Assembly (NCBI GenBank): GCA_044440125.1
Contig: JBITAJ010000004.1
Span: 160,001 to 224,000, forward strand
Source of the DNA: Sedimentisphaeraceae bacterium JB056
GTDB lineage: Bacteria; Planctomycetota; Phycisphaerae; Sedimentisphaerales; Sedimentisphaeraceae
Reading direction: 5' to 3'
DNA: 64,000 nucleotides
Of the stretch, positions 50,920 to 61,260 are shown in pieces (positions within the stretch are counted from its first letter, which is position 1; each line of letters opens with the position of its first letter). The notes under the pieces are model-generated. The model worked only from the letters and a program-made list of their open reading frames with translations, was not told the origin of the DNA and did no database searches. The position numbers were made by a program, and so were the translations under genes.

Positions 50920-51735
50920 TTAATAATCGGTTACTGGTACAAAACCCTTAGCTTCGATTATTTCCTGTCCTTCTTCTGAAAGATAAAAAGAGCAGAACTG
51001 ATGTACGATTGAACCAAGTTCAGGATAACCGTTAGTAAACAGGAAAAGAGCCCTGCTCACTGGATAGACACCCTTTGCAATTGTCTTACGTGTTGGAGTC
51101 ACACCGTCAATATCAAGAGCCTTTACATTGTCATCTACAAAACCAAGACCTACGTAAGCGATAGAACCTTTTGTTGTCTTTGCTCTTGCATGAGCCTGTG
51201 GGTTAGAGCTTACATACTCAACCTTGTCATACATCTTCTCTTTGTTCATTACAAGCTTATGGAATGTTTCATAAGTACCTGATGAAGTGTCCCTGCTTAT
51301 CGGAATGATCGCACCGTCAACACCGCCAAGTTCTTTCCAGTTTGTTATCTTACCTTCATAGATATCTCTGACCTGCTCTGTTGTAAGAGCCTTAACCGGA
51401 TTCGATGGGTGTACGATAATACATACACCATCCATGGCGACAGCGTGAGCAACAGGCATTATGCCTTTATCTATAGCAGCCTTGAATTCTTTATCCTTCA
51501 TGAAACGGCTCATCATGGCAATATCACAACGACCGTCAACAAGAGCCGCTGCACCATCACCACTGCCTGTTTTCTTTACAGTTACCGCAAGATCCGCTGT
51601 TGTGTTTTTGAAGTACTCGGCAAATGCATCCCCGATAGGGCCAACTGTTGTAGAGCCGTCAATTTCGAGTGTTGCCGAAACAGCAAAAGGGGCAACCATC
51701 GCAATCAAAACTAAAATTACTGTAATCGTCTTCAT
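50920..51735 (-). CDS. pstS: Phosphate-binding protein
   Basis: IDGSTTV, TGSGDG, SRDTSSGT; signal peptide. Confidence 0.93.
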   Translation of the reverse strand: MKTITVILVLIAMVAPFAVSATLEIDGSTTVGPIGDAFAEYFKNTTADLAVTVKKTGSGDGAAALVDGRCDIAMMSRFMKDKEFKAAIDKGIMPVAHAVAMDGVCIIVHPSNPVKALTTEQVRDIYEGKITNWKELGGVDGAIIPISRDTSSGTYETFHKLVMNKEKMYDKVEYVSSNPQAHARAKTTKGSIAYVGLGFVDDNVKALDIDGVTPTRKTIAKGVYPVSRALFLFTNGYPELGSIVHQFCSFYLSEEGQEIIEAKGFVPVTDY

Positions 51736-51850
51736 TCTCTTTCCTTTCAATAATTACTTTACTCTGTTTTTCATTAATAAAACTACATTCATTAAAATTC
51801 TGTTTGATTTTTAATAATCCCGCACATTTTAAAGCAGATTTATCAACAAA

Positions 51851-51879
51851 GTATTAGCCTTTTATTAGAGTTTTGTTAA
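51851..51879 (-). promoter_or_regulatory. Pho-box-like 11-bp-period repeats upstream of pstS
   Basis: Minus strand TTAACAA / CTAATAA / CTAATAC at 11-bp spacing. Confidence 0.4.
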
Positions 51880-51891
51880 ACACCCATACGA

Positions 51892-53184
51892 TTAAAACTT
51901 AAGCTTAAAATCAAGCTGAAGACGATCGTAATCTGTCTCTGCATCACCCTTTTCGTTCATGAGATAGGTAACGCCTGTAGTAAAGTTCTTGGCAATCGCA
52001 TAATTAAATGTGAACTTATGCCCTTTGCCGTCAGTACCGCCGCCAATAAAGTCAGAGTCGCTGAATGCACCTACCACTGCATCTGCTTCAAGATCCCTGT
52101 AGTTGTATCCTGCATCCCATGTTCCGGCAGCCTTTGCCTTGCCATACTTAAGACCTACAAGCCAGCCGGTATCTTCCTGTACGCCAGATGCTATATTCTT
52201 TACATAGTCACCATAAACACTTACAGGAGCATCACCTGCCTTGAAATCATAGGCCGCGAATGCTTCAACAAGATTGTAATCATATATATAGCTCTCTGTT
52301 GAATCAGGGTTTGTGACATGAGTATTACCGAAAGCATCTTCCTTATCATAAACAGCCAATTGATCTTCGAGATTACCGTAGTCAAAGTAGCCCATACCGG
52401 CAGTAAGCGTACCATCACCCATAGCTGTTACCACACCAATCTGACCACCGAAAAGACTTTGATCTACATCGCTGCTGTTTTCTTCAACCCACATACCGCC
52501 AAGATTGACGAACATGGAAGAATCCTTGTTAAGGTCGAAATCGAACTGCATCGCACCACCTTCAGGGTTAAGATCTCCATCCCATATAAGCTGATTCTTT
52601 CCTACAGCCATAAAAGGATTGCCCATCTTACCGGCAAGAATGTCAACATTTTTGAAGCCGTGATACTTTAGGTATGCCCTGTCGATCCACAGATCCTTGC
52701 TTGAAAAACCACCGTCAAGCGTCTCATTTGTAGAAACCGGGTCTTCTGAACCAGATGCAACACGCATGCTGAAATCAAGATCGTCATTGACCTTGCCGTC
52801 AATCTTGACGCGTGCCCTGATGCGGTTTCGGTTTCTGTCATCACTCTTGGTATCATCATCTATATACTCATGCCTGTAGCGGAAATCGCCGCCAATCTTG
52901 ATGTTTTCTGCCCATTTAAGGCTGTCCGGCACTTCTGCAACCTGTGTTGATTTCTGAGAGGCAACCTCCGCAATCTGCTTTGAAAGCTCCGCATCCTTTT
53001 CCTCTTGTTTCTTCTCTACTGCATTCAATTGTTCCTTCTGCTGCTTCTCCATAGCTTCTATTCTATCTTGAAGCTGCTGCAGTTGCGCTTTCAACTCACT
53101 GATTTCATCGCCCTTGCTGACGCCGGCAAACAAACCAACCGCTAACAATCCGACAACAAAAATTGACACATACTTTCCATTCAT
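51892..53184 (-). CDS. Putative outer-membrane porin (phosphate-linked)
   Basis: Signal peptide, coiled coil, GDFRYRHE..R.RIRAR, WDGDLNPEG, terminal QLDFKLKF. Confidence 0.85.
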   Translation of the reverse strand: MNGKYVSIFVVGLLAVGLFAGVSKGDEISELKAQLQQLQDRIEAMEKQQKEQLNAVEKKQEEKDAELSKQIAEVASQKSTQVAEVPDSLKWAENIKIGGDFRYRHEYIDDDTKSDDRNRNRIRARVKIDGKVNDDLDFSMRVASGSEDPVSTNETLDGGFSSKDLWIDRAYLKYHGFKNVDILAGKMGNPFMAVGKNQLIWDGDLNPEGGAMQFDFDLNKDSSMFVNLGGMWVEENSSDVDQSLFGGQIGVVTAMGDGTLTAGMGYFDYGNLEDQLAVYDKEDAFGNTHVTNPDSTESYIYDYNLVEAFAAYDFKAGDAPVSVYGDYVKNIASGVQEDTGWLVGLKYGKAKAAGTWDAGYNYRDLEADAVVGAFSDSDFIGGGTDGKGHKFTFNYAIAKNFTTGVTYLMNEKGDAETDYDRLQLDFKLKF

Positions 53185-53287
53185 ATCTAACTCCATGTTA
53201 AAAAATAAGTTATAGAAATAAAACATTCATATCCAATTCGCTTATAATGCGAAGTATATTATGTAATATTAACCAAAAGTGAGGTTA

Positions 53288-53305
53288 ATGTTAGGATTAT
53301 GTTAG
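53288..53305 (-). promoter_or_regulatory. Pho-box-like direct repeat
   Basis: CTAACAT-N4-CTAACAT (11-bp period) upstream of the porin-pst cluster. Confidence 0.6.
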
Positions 53306-53572
53306 CAAAATGATATCAAATAACTTTCATTAAGTTTTCCAACCATTGAACTATGGTTAAATCATCGTTAACAACCAAACAAACCGCAAATATTACGCAA
53401 ATCTACTTCAGAAACCTATCCAGGATTTTACTAAAAAAATTGCAGTCTTCATCAAAAAAAAACTTCATAAGTGATATTTCCTTGCAATGCGTGTTCAATA
53501 ACGGTATAAATTATAAATACGGCATCAGACTGCCGGAATAATTTTGCATAAAACAATTGTTGAGGCGGATTT

Positions 53573-54715
53573 ATGAAAATAATCAAATTCTCTTTTCAGG
53601 ACAATCTCCACCAGTGGCAGCTTGATCCTATAGAATTTAAGGGTTTCAACCTTCTTGTTGGAGTCTCGGGAGTTGGTAAAACACAGATACTCAGCTCGCT
53701 GAGAACAACCGTTGACATAGCAAAAGGACATGAATTCAACGGAATAAGCTGGAGTATATCTTTCAGCACCGACAACGACAAGACATATAAATGGTCTGGC
53801 GAGTTTGAAACCCTCATTAACGAGCAATCCGATGGCTTCGAGGAAGATCTCTACGGCTTATCCAGAAAACCGAAGATCAAAAAAGAAAGACTCGAAAGCA
53901 GCGGCGAAGTGATAATAGACCGAAGGGGCAGTAAAATAACCCTTTGCGACAACACAATTCCCATTCTGTGTCCCCATCAATCAGCTCTTTATCTGCTGCG
54001 TTATGAACCAAGGGTATCACCGGCAAGCCTGGCTTTTGAACAGGTTATTAATTCCGATACCGTAAAAACTGTTCAAAACACCTACCTTTATCACATACAT
54101 ACTGTTACTGATGTGATAAAAAAATTCAACACACTTGAGAAAATACAGGCAACAAAGTTCAACACCCTCGTAAAACTCTCACTGCTTAATCACTGCAGTC
54201 CAGACTTCTTTGAAGAGATAAAAGAAGAGTTTATAGGCATATTCCCACAGGTTGAGGATATTAAGATAGAGACCTCACAGCAGAATTTTGAAGACAAGAC
54301 ACTGATAACACATAACCTTCTGCTCAAGGAAAAAGGTATACGCGGCTGGGTTGATCAGGCAAGAATATCGTCAGGAATGTATAAAACGTTCCTCCAACTG
54401 GCTCAGATGCACCTTTGGCCTCGAAATTCGGTGATAATAGTGGATGAATTTGAAAACAGCCTCGGAATAAACTGTATAGACGCGCTGACTGATGCAATAA
54501 TGAGCCACCCCGGCGATTTGCAGTTTATAATAACCAGCCATCATCCTTATATAATAAACAATATCAGCCCGGACCATTGGAAGGTGGTGCAAAGACGGTT
54601 TGACAGAGTGACTACAAGTGATGCAAAGTCGCTGGGGCTCGGCAAGTCCAATCATGAAGCATTCATCCAACTGATAAACAACGACAAATACATCGATGGA
54701 ATAAGCTCACAATGA
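53573..54715 (+). CDS. ABC/AAA_21-type ATPase
   Basis: LLVGVSGVGKT, ISSGM, IIVDEFENSL, IITSHHP. Confidence 0.9.
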   Translation: MKIIKFSFQDNLHQWQLDPIEFKGFNLLVGVSGVGKTQILSSLRTTVDIAKGHEFNGISWSISFSTDNDKTYKWSGEFETLINEQSDGFEEDLYGLSRKPKIKKERLESSGEVIIDRRGSKITLCDNTIPILCPHQSALYLLRYEPRVSPASLAFEQVINSDTVKTVQNTYLYHIHTVTDVIKKFNTLEKIQATKFNTLVKLSLLNHCSPDFFEEIKEEFIGIFPQVEDIKIETSQQNFEDKTLITHNLLLKEKGIRGWVDQARISSGMYKTFLQLAQMHLWPRNSVIIVDEFENSLGINCIDALTDAIMSHPGDLQFIITSHHPYIINNISPDHWKVVQRRFDRVTTSDAKSLGLGKSNHEAFIQLINNDKYIDGISSQ

Positions 54716-55404
54716 ACCTGTACATATTAGTAGAAGGCAAATGCACAGAATATAAAATATACCCGGCATGGATATCACAGCTTGCACCTCATCTTAAGAG
54801 GGTACAACAATTCGATCAGGCCACAGAAAACTGCTATTATATAGTAAGCGGACACGGACTGCCTTCACTTATCAAGAATCATCTGCCCAATGCGATAAAG
54901 GACGTTGCGATGTGCGGATGCTACGATTATTTGGTTATCGGGCTTGATGCCGAACAGCTCCCCGTACAGCAGCGGCTCAATGAAGTACAGGAAGTAATAG
55001 AGCAGCATTACGATCTGACAAAAGATGTGAAAGTGAAAGTACTCGTACAAAACAGGTGTATTGAGAGCTGGATGCTGGGCAACAGGGACATATTCGTAGA
55101 TAAGCCCAAGAGGAGAAAACTCAAGGAATACGTCAAGTATTATAACGTCAAACACAAAGACCCTGAAAAGATGCCCGGTTTTATCCCAAGACGAAATTAC
55201 CTGCCGCTATTTTCAACGATAGCGCGTTTCCATACCGACTATCTGCAGGAGATTTTTAAAGAACGCAATATGTTCTACGCTAAGCGTAATCCCAAATACG
55301 CTACAAAACCCGAATTCCTCAACGACCTGATAAAACGCACAACAGAAAAACCCGGACAACTGCAGACATTCAAAGACTTCGTAGACTTCTTCAGCTCGTT
55401 ATAA
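54712..55404 (+). CDS. TOPRIM-like putative nuclease partner of the ATPase
   Basis: YILVEGK.TE, IGLDAE, RCIESWMLG; ATGA overlap. Confidence 0.7.
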   Translation: MNLYILVEGKCTEYKIYPAWISQLAPHLKRVQQFDQATENCYYIVSGHGLPSLIKNHLPNAIKDVAMCGCYDYLVIGLDAEQLPVQQRLNEVQEVIEQHYDLTKDVKVKVLVQNRCIESWMLGNRDIFVDKPKRRKLKEYVKYYNVKHKDPEKMPGFIPRRNYLPLFSTIARFHTDYLQEIFKERNMFYAKRNPKYATKPEFLNDLIKRTTEKPGQLQTFKDFVDFFSSL

Positions 55405-55419
55405 AAACGGATTTTATTC

Positions 55420-55446
55420 GTAGGGAACGCTGTCCCCAGCGTTCCG
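55420..55446 (+). repeat. GTAG-type REP, copy 1
   Basis: GTAG + GGAACGCTG-TCCC-CAGCGTTCC hairpin. Confidence 0.7.
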
Positions 55447-55463
55447 CCATTTTTCCTGTAACC

Positions 55464-56627
55464 TTATTTTTCAAACCACCCTCGGCTGCGCAGGCATATT
55501 TTTACAAGCATCAGCATAACCGGCACCTCTATCAACACGCCCACTACTGTTGCCAGTGCCGCCCCGCTCGAAAGCCCAAACAGCATAGTCGCCGTAGCAA
55601 TAGCCACTTCGAAATGGTTGGATGCCCCGATCATAGCAGAAGGCGCAGCATCTTCGTATTTGAGCTTCAATAATTTAGCCGCTATAAAACCGACACCGAA
55701 AATAAGAAATGTCTGTATCAAAAGCGGCACGGCTATCCACAATATTGTAAGCGGATTGCTCAGTATTGTTTCACCCTTGAACGAGAAAAGAAGTATCAGC
55801 GTAATCAGCAACGCAATTATAGTTACAGGCGTAAGAAAATGCAAAAACTTCTCCCTGAACCATTTCTCTCCTTTTGCGTTTATGATCAATTTGCGTGAAA
55901 CAAACCCCATGAAAAGCGGCAGCGCAACATAAATCGATATTGAAAGCAGCAATGCCTGCCACGGCACAGGAAGCTTTCCGATACCAAGCAGCAGGCCTCC
56001 GAGCGGACCATACAAAAACAACATCGCCAGAGAATTAATCGCAACCATCACGAGAGTATGACCATCATTACCTCTGGAAAGATATCCCCATACAAGAACC
56101 ATCGCCGTACAAGGAGCGATGCCAAGTAATATGCAGCCCGCAAGATAGCTTCGCCATAAAGGCACCTCAAGCATCTTCACACCGTTCTCGATCACGACAG
56201 TACCTACGCCATACTCAGCACCGACAGGCAAGTCGAGCCCGAAAGGCATTTTGACAAGATCGACAGCGTCAGCTCCTATCAAGCCGTAGAAAAGCGTACC
56301 AAGGAAGAAGCTCGATATCAGGTACATCGTAAACGGCTTTATAAGCCAGTTGATTACCAGAGTCAACGAAACAGGTTTGAAACTTTTGCCCGCTCTGACT
56401 ACCTCACCAAAATCTATCTTGACCATTATCGGATACATCATAAAAAACAGACATATCGCAATTGGTATTGAGATTACTGGCGCGTTGTTGACATGAATTG
56501 CCATACCATCCAGCTTCAGAGCCAACTGTGGAGCAAGCTTACCGAGCACAATTCCGGCCGTAATGCAGAGAATCACCCAAACGGTAAGATAACGTTCAAA
56601 AACACTTTCCATTCTACGCTGCTGCAT
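55464..56627 (-). CDS. acr3: ACR3 family arsenite efflux transporter
   Basis: [39 protein letters not shown]. Confidence 0.96.
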   Translation of the reverse strand: MQQRRMESVFERYLTVWVILCITAGIVLGKLAPQLALKLDGMAIHVNNAPVISIPIAICLFFMMYPIMVKIDFGEVVRAGKSFKPVSLTLVINWLIKPFTMYLISSFFLGTLFYGLIGADAVDLVKMPFGLDLPVGAEYGVGTVVIENGVKMLEVPLWRSYLAGCILLGIAPCTAMVLVWGYLSRGNDGHTLVMVAINSLAMLFLYGPLGGLLLGIGKLPVPWQALLLSISIYVALPLFMGFVSRKLIINAKGEKWFREKFLHFLTPVTIIALLITLILLFSFKGETILSNPLTILWIAVPLLIQTFLIFGVGFIAAKLLKLKYEDAAPSAMIGASNHFEVAIATATMLFGLSSGAALATVVGVLIEVPVMLMLVKICLRSRGWFEK

Positions 56628-56641
56628 ATTTGTATCTCTCT

Positions 56642-57079
56642 TTATAGTTCTTTAAGTATTTCCGGCATTTTTTCAACGAATGCTTTTATCTGGTCGCGTA
56701 CCTTGCGGTAGCAGTCAAGTTTCGCCTCTTCGTCTTCTAAGTTAGCGGCAAGTTTCGGCGGATCGTCAAATCCGTAATGTACAACCTTCGCCTTTGCCGG
56801 AAACATAGGGCAGGTCTCGTGGGCATGACCGCAAACAGTTACCACATAATCAAAGGTCACATCGTTAAACTCATCAAGCAATTGCGATTTATGAGTGGAG
56901 ATATCAACACCCGCTTCTGCCATCACTTTCACCGCATACGGGTTGAGCCCGTGCGTTTCGATTCCAGCCGAATACACATCAACCACATCGCTCTTCAACG
57001 CCTTAGTCCAGCCTTCAGCCATCTGGCTGCGGCACGAATTACCCGTACACAAAAATAAAACTTTAAGCTTATTATCCAT
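56642..57079 (-). CDS. arsC: Thioredoxin-dependent arsenate reductase (LMW-PTP fold)
   Basis: [29 protein letters not shown]. Confidence 0.95.
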   Translation of the reverse strand: MDNKLKVLFLCTGNSCRSQMAEGWTKALKSDVVDVYSAGIETHGLNPYAVKVMAEAGVDISTHKSQLLDEFNDVTFDYVVTVCGHAHETCPMFPAKAKVVHYGFDDPPKLAANLEDEEAKLDCYRKVRDQIKAFVEKMPEILKEL

Positions 57080-57081
57080 AA

Positions 57082-57690
57082 TCATTCCTTCACTGCACAT
57101 ATTCCGAAAACAGGGTACACATTATCATTTTTCCTGATTTCGTAAACCATCTTATTCGCTTTGATTTTCAAGCCGTTTCTTTGAAGCTTCTTTTCAATCT
57201 CCTCCGGCTCAAACCCGTTATGAAACACCTCAACATCTTTGTGAAAAGATCCGTCCTCACTGCAGAGATCAGTCAGCACAACACTGCCGCCGTCACACAG
57301 ATAATTACTCAGCACGGCAATCACATCGTCGGTATCTTTTATATGGTGCAACGCCATCGAGCTTACCACAACATCGGCCTTTATATTCAGCGGCTCATCT
57401 TTGCTCAAATCATAATGAACTGTACGGATATTCCTAATCTTGTTAACATCTATCTTCTCGCAAAGTCTGCCGAGCATACCGACCGACGCATCCAGAGCAT
57501 AAACGGTCTTCACTTTTTCCGAAAGCAAAACACTCAAAAGCCCCGTACCGCAGCCAAAATCCACAACATTCATATCTTCTTCAAGACTCACGCTGTTTTG
57601 AATAAAGTTCCATACAGCTTTTGTAAGTTCCCTCCGCATCGGATTATCATCCCACTGCGCAGCCATCGAATCAAAATATTCATTACTCAT
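57082..57690 (-). CDS. Class I SAM-dependent methyltransferase
   Basis: VDFGCGTG, SSMALHH, DLCSEDGSFH. Confidence 0.9.
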   Translation of the reverse strand: MSNEYFDSMAAQWDDNPMRRELTKAVWNFIQNSVSLEEDMNVVDFGCGTGLLSVLLSEKVKTVYALDASVGMLGRLCEKIDVNKIRNIRTVHYDLSKDEPLNIKADVVVSSMALHHIKDTDDVIAVLSNYLCDGGSVVLTDLCSEDGSFHKDVEVFHNGFEPEEIEKKLQRNGLKIKANKMVYEIRKNDNVYPVFGICAVKE

Positions 57691-57705
57691 ATCATACCTT
57701 CCTCG

Positions 57706-58404
57706 TTAAGGTGCAACATAAATCATGTAAAGACCGGCCAGTAATATCGCAACGCCGCAAATCTTTTTAAGAATAACCGCACCCTTCGATTTCTCATTCC
57801 AATTCATATAACGCTGAACAACCTCAGTAAACGTACCGGCAAGGATTATGACCATGCAATGCCCCACGCCGTAAGCCGTGAGCAAACCGGCGGCATACAA
57901 AGGCCGCTGACTTCCAAGTTTGAATGTTACACCGAGCATCGGTGCCATATACGCAAAAGTGCAAGGACCAAGAGCAATCCCGAATATCAACCCCAGCAGA
58001 AACGCCGCCAACGCACCCCTGCGTTTAATAGCAACATTCGATGTCGCCGAGATATTAACCGGAAGCACATCGAGCAGATAAAGCCCGACAAGAAAAAACA
58101 CGCCCGCAACAATATAATTGCCGCAGCCGCCAATATCCCCCATCATGCGTCCAGCCATCGCGGTAACAGCGCCGATAAACGCAATCGTAATCAATATGCC
58201 TAATGCAAAAAGCGTGGATATTCCGAATGCACGCCTGGCTGTCATTCGGCCCTGCCCATCAATGAACCCCACGATAAGCGGGATGCTCGCCAAATGGCAC
58301 GGGCTCAAAACAACACTCAATATCCCCCAAAGCAGTGATGCCGCTATCGCGACAAACCACGCACCTTCTATGGCATCAGTAAGAGTGGAAAAAATCTGCT
58401 GCAT
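57706..58404 (-). CDS. CcdA/DsbD-type transmembrane electron transporter
   Basis: LSPCHLASIP and LGPCT; multi-TM. Confidence 0.9.
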   Translation of the reverse strand: MQQIFSTLTDAIEGAWFVAIAASLLWGILSVVLSPCHLASIPLIVGFIDGQGRMTARRAFGISTLFALGILITIAFIGAVTAMAGRMMGDIGGCGNYIVAGVFFLVGLYLLDVLPVNISATSNVAIKRRGALAAFLLGLIFGIALGPCTFAYMAPMLGVTFKLGSQRPLYAAGLLTAYGVGHCMVIILAGTFTEVVQRYMNWNEKSKGAVILKKICGVAILLAGLYMIYVAP

Positions 58405-58889
58405 TATTCACTTTCCTGCACAGGATTCTCAGCCTCACTACCGGATTTAATCGAAATGCCCAGCTCTTCAAACTTTTTCAGAATCTCCTCTTTCGCAAAG
58501 AATCCTTCATGCCTGAACACTTCCTCACCCGCCTTGTCGTAAAATATCTGAGTAGGAATCACTCGCACCCCATACTCGCCCGCCTTATCCTGCTCCTTCC
58601 ATACATCGATAAAATCTATCTGAACCTCTCCGGCATATTCTTCCTTGAGTTCATCAATTATCGGAGCCATCATCTTGCACGGCACGCATTTATCACTGCC
58701 AAGCTCAAGAAGCCTCGGCACCTTCGCAGCCTCTACGGTCTTGACGACCTCAGAGGTCTCGGCAACAACCGCCTGATTGGTCTGGCATTCAGAAGCACAA
58801 CTGCCGCACTTCCTCTTTGCGACTAATATACCGACCACCGCAAACACCAGCAGTCCAACTATCGCATAACGGTAAGCATTCTTATTCAT
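58404..58889 (-). CDS. Membrane-anchored thioredoxin
   Basis: N-terminal TM, CVPC, IPTQIF. Confidence 0.9.
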   Translation of the reverse strand: MNKNAYRYAIVGLLVFAVVGILVAKRKCGSCASECQTNQAVVAETSEVVKTVEAAKVPRLLELGSDKCVPCKMMAPIIDELKEEYAGEVQIDFIDVWKEQDKAGEYGVRVIPTQIFYDKAGEEVFRHEGFFAKEEILKKFEELGISIKSGSEAENPVQESE

Positions 58890-58910
58890 ATTATCACCTG
58901 TATAAATGTA

Positions 58911-59390
58911 TTACTTATGGAATCTCTCATCGGCAACGCCTTTCTGCTCGCCGACCTGCCCCATCCAGCCGCATCGCTCCGTCTCCAAATGGTCGAATTT
59001 GGGCGTATAGGGTTTGATGTCAAGCAGCGGCGTGCCGTCAAGTATATCAAGCTCGCTTATATAAAGCTTACACCCCTCAATCCGGTCAAGCTTGACTGCC
59101 GACATGCCTATGGCATTGGGTCTGGCCGGAGCACGCGTGGAAAACAATCCTCTCGGCTGCGTATCCATGTACGGCGTAACAGTCAGCTTATAACCGCTGC
59201 ACCTGTTGCAATTGAATATCAGCCATATCCTGTCAAAACCGTCAAGATCTTTAAGCCCCTCGGCATACTTTTCTTCAAGCTCAACAACGCCGGAAGTATC
59301 TTTGGCAAACGCCGGTTGTATCGGAGCACCGCCGGCCTGTTTCAAAGAGGTGTGGATTATCCCGATAGGTTCTATCTCTATTTTGTCCAT
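58911..59390 (-). CDS. TrmO/TsaA-like SAM-binding methyltransferase
   Basis: PIGIIH, GLFSTRAPARPNAIG, LDILDGTPLLDIKPY. Confidence 0.9.
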   Translation of the reverse strand: MDKIEIEPIGIIHTSLKQAGGAPIQPAFAKDTSGVVELEEKYAEGLKDLDGFDRIWLIFNCNRCSGYKLTVTPYMDTQPRGLFSTRAPARPNAIGMSAVKLDRIEGCKLYISELDILDGTPLLDIKPYTPKFDHLETERCGWMGQVGEQKGVADERFHK

Positions 59391-59441
59391 ATTAAAACTC
59401 CTGCCGCCTGTTCAGCGATCAAATCATAGAAAAAAACACTT

Positions 59442-59681
59442 TTATTTGCATTCTTCTATGATAGACCTTATCTTCGCAGAATCAAGAAGCTTTCCTGTAC
59501 TTTTAACTACCCCGTCAACTACCAGTGCCGGAGTCGTCATCACACCCATCTTCATCATTTCAGCAAGATCGGTAACCTTTTCGATATCGCAATCAACTCC
59601 CGCTTCCTGAGCCGCCTGCTTTGCATTATCAAATAGATTACTGCATTTAGCACATCCGGTTCCAAGTATCTGTATTTTCAT
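59442..59681 (-). CDS. Small redox-active disulfide protein (MTH895-like thioredoxin)
   Basis: MKIQILGTGCAKC...GVMTTPALVVDG. Confidence 0.92.
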   Translation of the reverse strand: MKIQILGTGCAKCSNLFDNAKQAAQEAGVDCDIEKVTDLAEMMKMGVMTTPALVVDGVVKSTGKLLDSAKIRSIIEECK

Positions 59682-59699
59682 ATCTTATCCCTTTCTACA

Positions 59700-59728
59700 A
59701 ACTTAAAAACTTATTACTTAAAACTTAG
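59700..59728. repeat. Short ACTTAAA-type heptamer run
   Basis: acttaaaaacttattacttaaaacttag; same type as 50883-50913. Confidence 0.55.
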
Positions 59729-60702
59729 AACTTAATAAAATTGAACAGCCAGCCGGTAAGCGTAAATAGCACAAGCAGCAGACAGAAGAATATCACCAGC
59801 ATCTTCACTTTCATCACCTGCTTAAGCATTATGAATTCCGGCATACTCGCCGCTACCGTACTCATCATAAACGCCAGCATAGTACCGATAGGCAGCCCCT
59901 TGCTCAAAAGACTCTCCGCCACAGGAATTATCCCCGAAGCATTGGAATACAGCGGAATACCGATAAGCACCGCCGCCGGTACCGACCACCATTGCCCGCT
60001 GCCCAGATTATCGGCTATCACGCTCTCTGGTACATACCCATGCAGACCCGCACCAAGCCCGACACCTATAAGTATCCATTTCCATATTCGCTTGAGTATT
60101 GAAAAGAGTTCTTCTTTGGCGAATGCCTTACGCTCCTTGTGCGTCAATTTCTTTTTCTCCGTCTCCTGCGTCTCAGGTGCATCGGAGTTGGCCGCCATCT
60201 GGCCAAGCCCTGTAAGGAATCGCTCGGCTTTTATCAAATCGAAAAACGCACCGCCTGCGATACCCGCTATAATTCCAACGGCTACATAAGCGATGGTGAA
60301 TTTCACTCCCAAAAGCGAACCGAGAAGAGCAATAGCGACCTCGTTTATCATCGGCGAGGTAATCAGAAACGCCATCGTTGTCCCCACAGGTATACGTGCC
60401 TGAGTGAAACCAAGGAAAAGTGGAATGCTCGAACACGAGCAGAAAGGCGTAACAGCCCCGAATACCGATGCCACAACATAACCGAAAAAACGGCTCTTAC
60501 CTTCAAGGTGATTGCGGACTGCTTCAACATTAAGCGAAGCCCGAAGATAACTTATTATATAGATAAGCACAATCAGCAGCGAAAATATCTTCGTTGTATC
60601 TTCAATAAAGAAATGCAGACTGCTTGCGAAATGACTCTCGACAGATAAGCCAAGCAAATCATAAACTATTTTATCGGCTAATATTGTAAAAATTCTAAGC
60701 AT
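59725..60702 (-). CDS. ArsP/DUF318 family permease
   Basis: TPFCSCSSIP, FLITSP, GIPLY, SMPE. Confidence 0.9.
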   Translation of the reverse strand: MLRIFTILADKIVYDLLGLSVESHFASSLHFFIEDTTKIFSLLIVLIYIISYLRASLNVEAVRNHLEGKSRFFGYVVASVFGAVTPFCSCSSIPLFLGFTQARIPVGTTMAFLITSPMINEVAIALLGSLLGVKFTIAYVAVGIIAGIAGGAFFDLIKAERFLTGLGQMAANSDAPETQETEKKKLTHKERKAFAKEELFSILKRIWKWILIGVGLGAGLHGYVPESVIADNLGSGQWWSVPAAVLIGIPLYSNASGIIPVAESLLSKGLPIGTMLAFMMSTVAASMPEFIMLKQVMKVKMLVIFFCLLLVLFTLTGWLFNFIKF

Positions 60703-60742
60703 AATATACTACTTACTGTAAGAGTGAAGAAAGATTAAACCG

Positions 60743-61069
60743 CTACTTCGCCTGAAATATCTCAAACATCTCCTCGAAATCAGCCTTCACGACATCTTCT
60801 ATACACTGAATGAAATTTATAACGCATGGGCATCGCAATTTATAATAGACCTGCAAACCCTTTTTCTCACTTTTGACAATTCCCGCGTTCCGCAGCACCG
60901 AAAGATGCTTGGAAACAGTGGACTGATCAGAACCCACCATATCGCGTATTTCACAAACACATCGTGGGCCCTCACCAAGAAAGTCGACTATCATAAGCCG
61001 CGATGGATGGCCAAGAGCCTTGATAACCTTGGCATTGGCTTCATAAGCTTCTTCATTGTCGTATCTCAT
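60743..61069 (-). CDS. arsR: ArsR/SmtB family repressor
   Basis: KALGHPSRL, CVCEI, QSTVSKHL. Confidence 0.92.
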   Translation of the reverse strand: MRYDNEEAYEANAKVIKALGHPSRLMIVDFLGEGPRCVCEIRDMVGSDQSTVSKHLSVLRNAGIVKSEKKGLQVYYKLRCPCVINFIQCIEDVVKADFEEMFEIFQAK

Positions 61070-61103
61070 GTTTTAATCTCCTGCAATCTCTAATTTATAT
61101 TAC

Positions 61104-61125
61104 TATATGACATTTTAGCCATATA
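61104..61125. promoter_or_regulatory. Putative ArsR operator
   Basis: TATATG-N10-CATATA inverted repeat 35-55 bp upstream of arsR. Confidence 0.5.
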
Positions 61126-61260
61126 CTTATTAAAAGTCAACGTAAAAATTCGCATACCTCCTATTTTGCCCCAATTTCACTTGCAATTTTCTCTATTTAA
61201 GCTATTTATATTAGAAAGGATTAAGGAATAAGAGGCTTCCGCCATGTCGAGAGCCCTTCT

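Noticed and set aside
57082..57690. Calling the methyltransferase arsM
   Set aside because: Short, and no recognisable ArsM cysteine arrangement.
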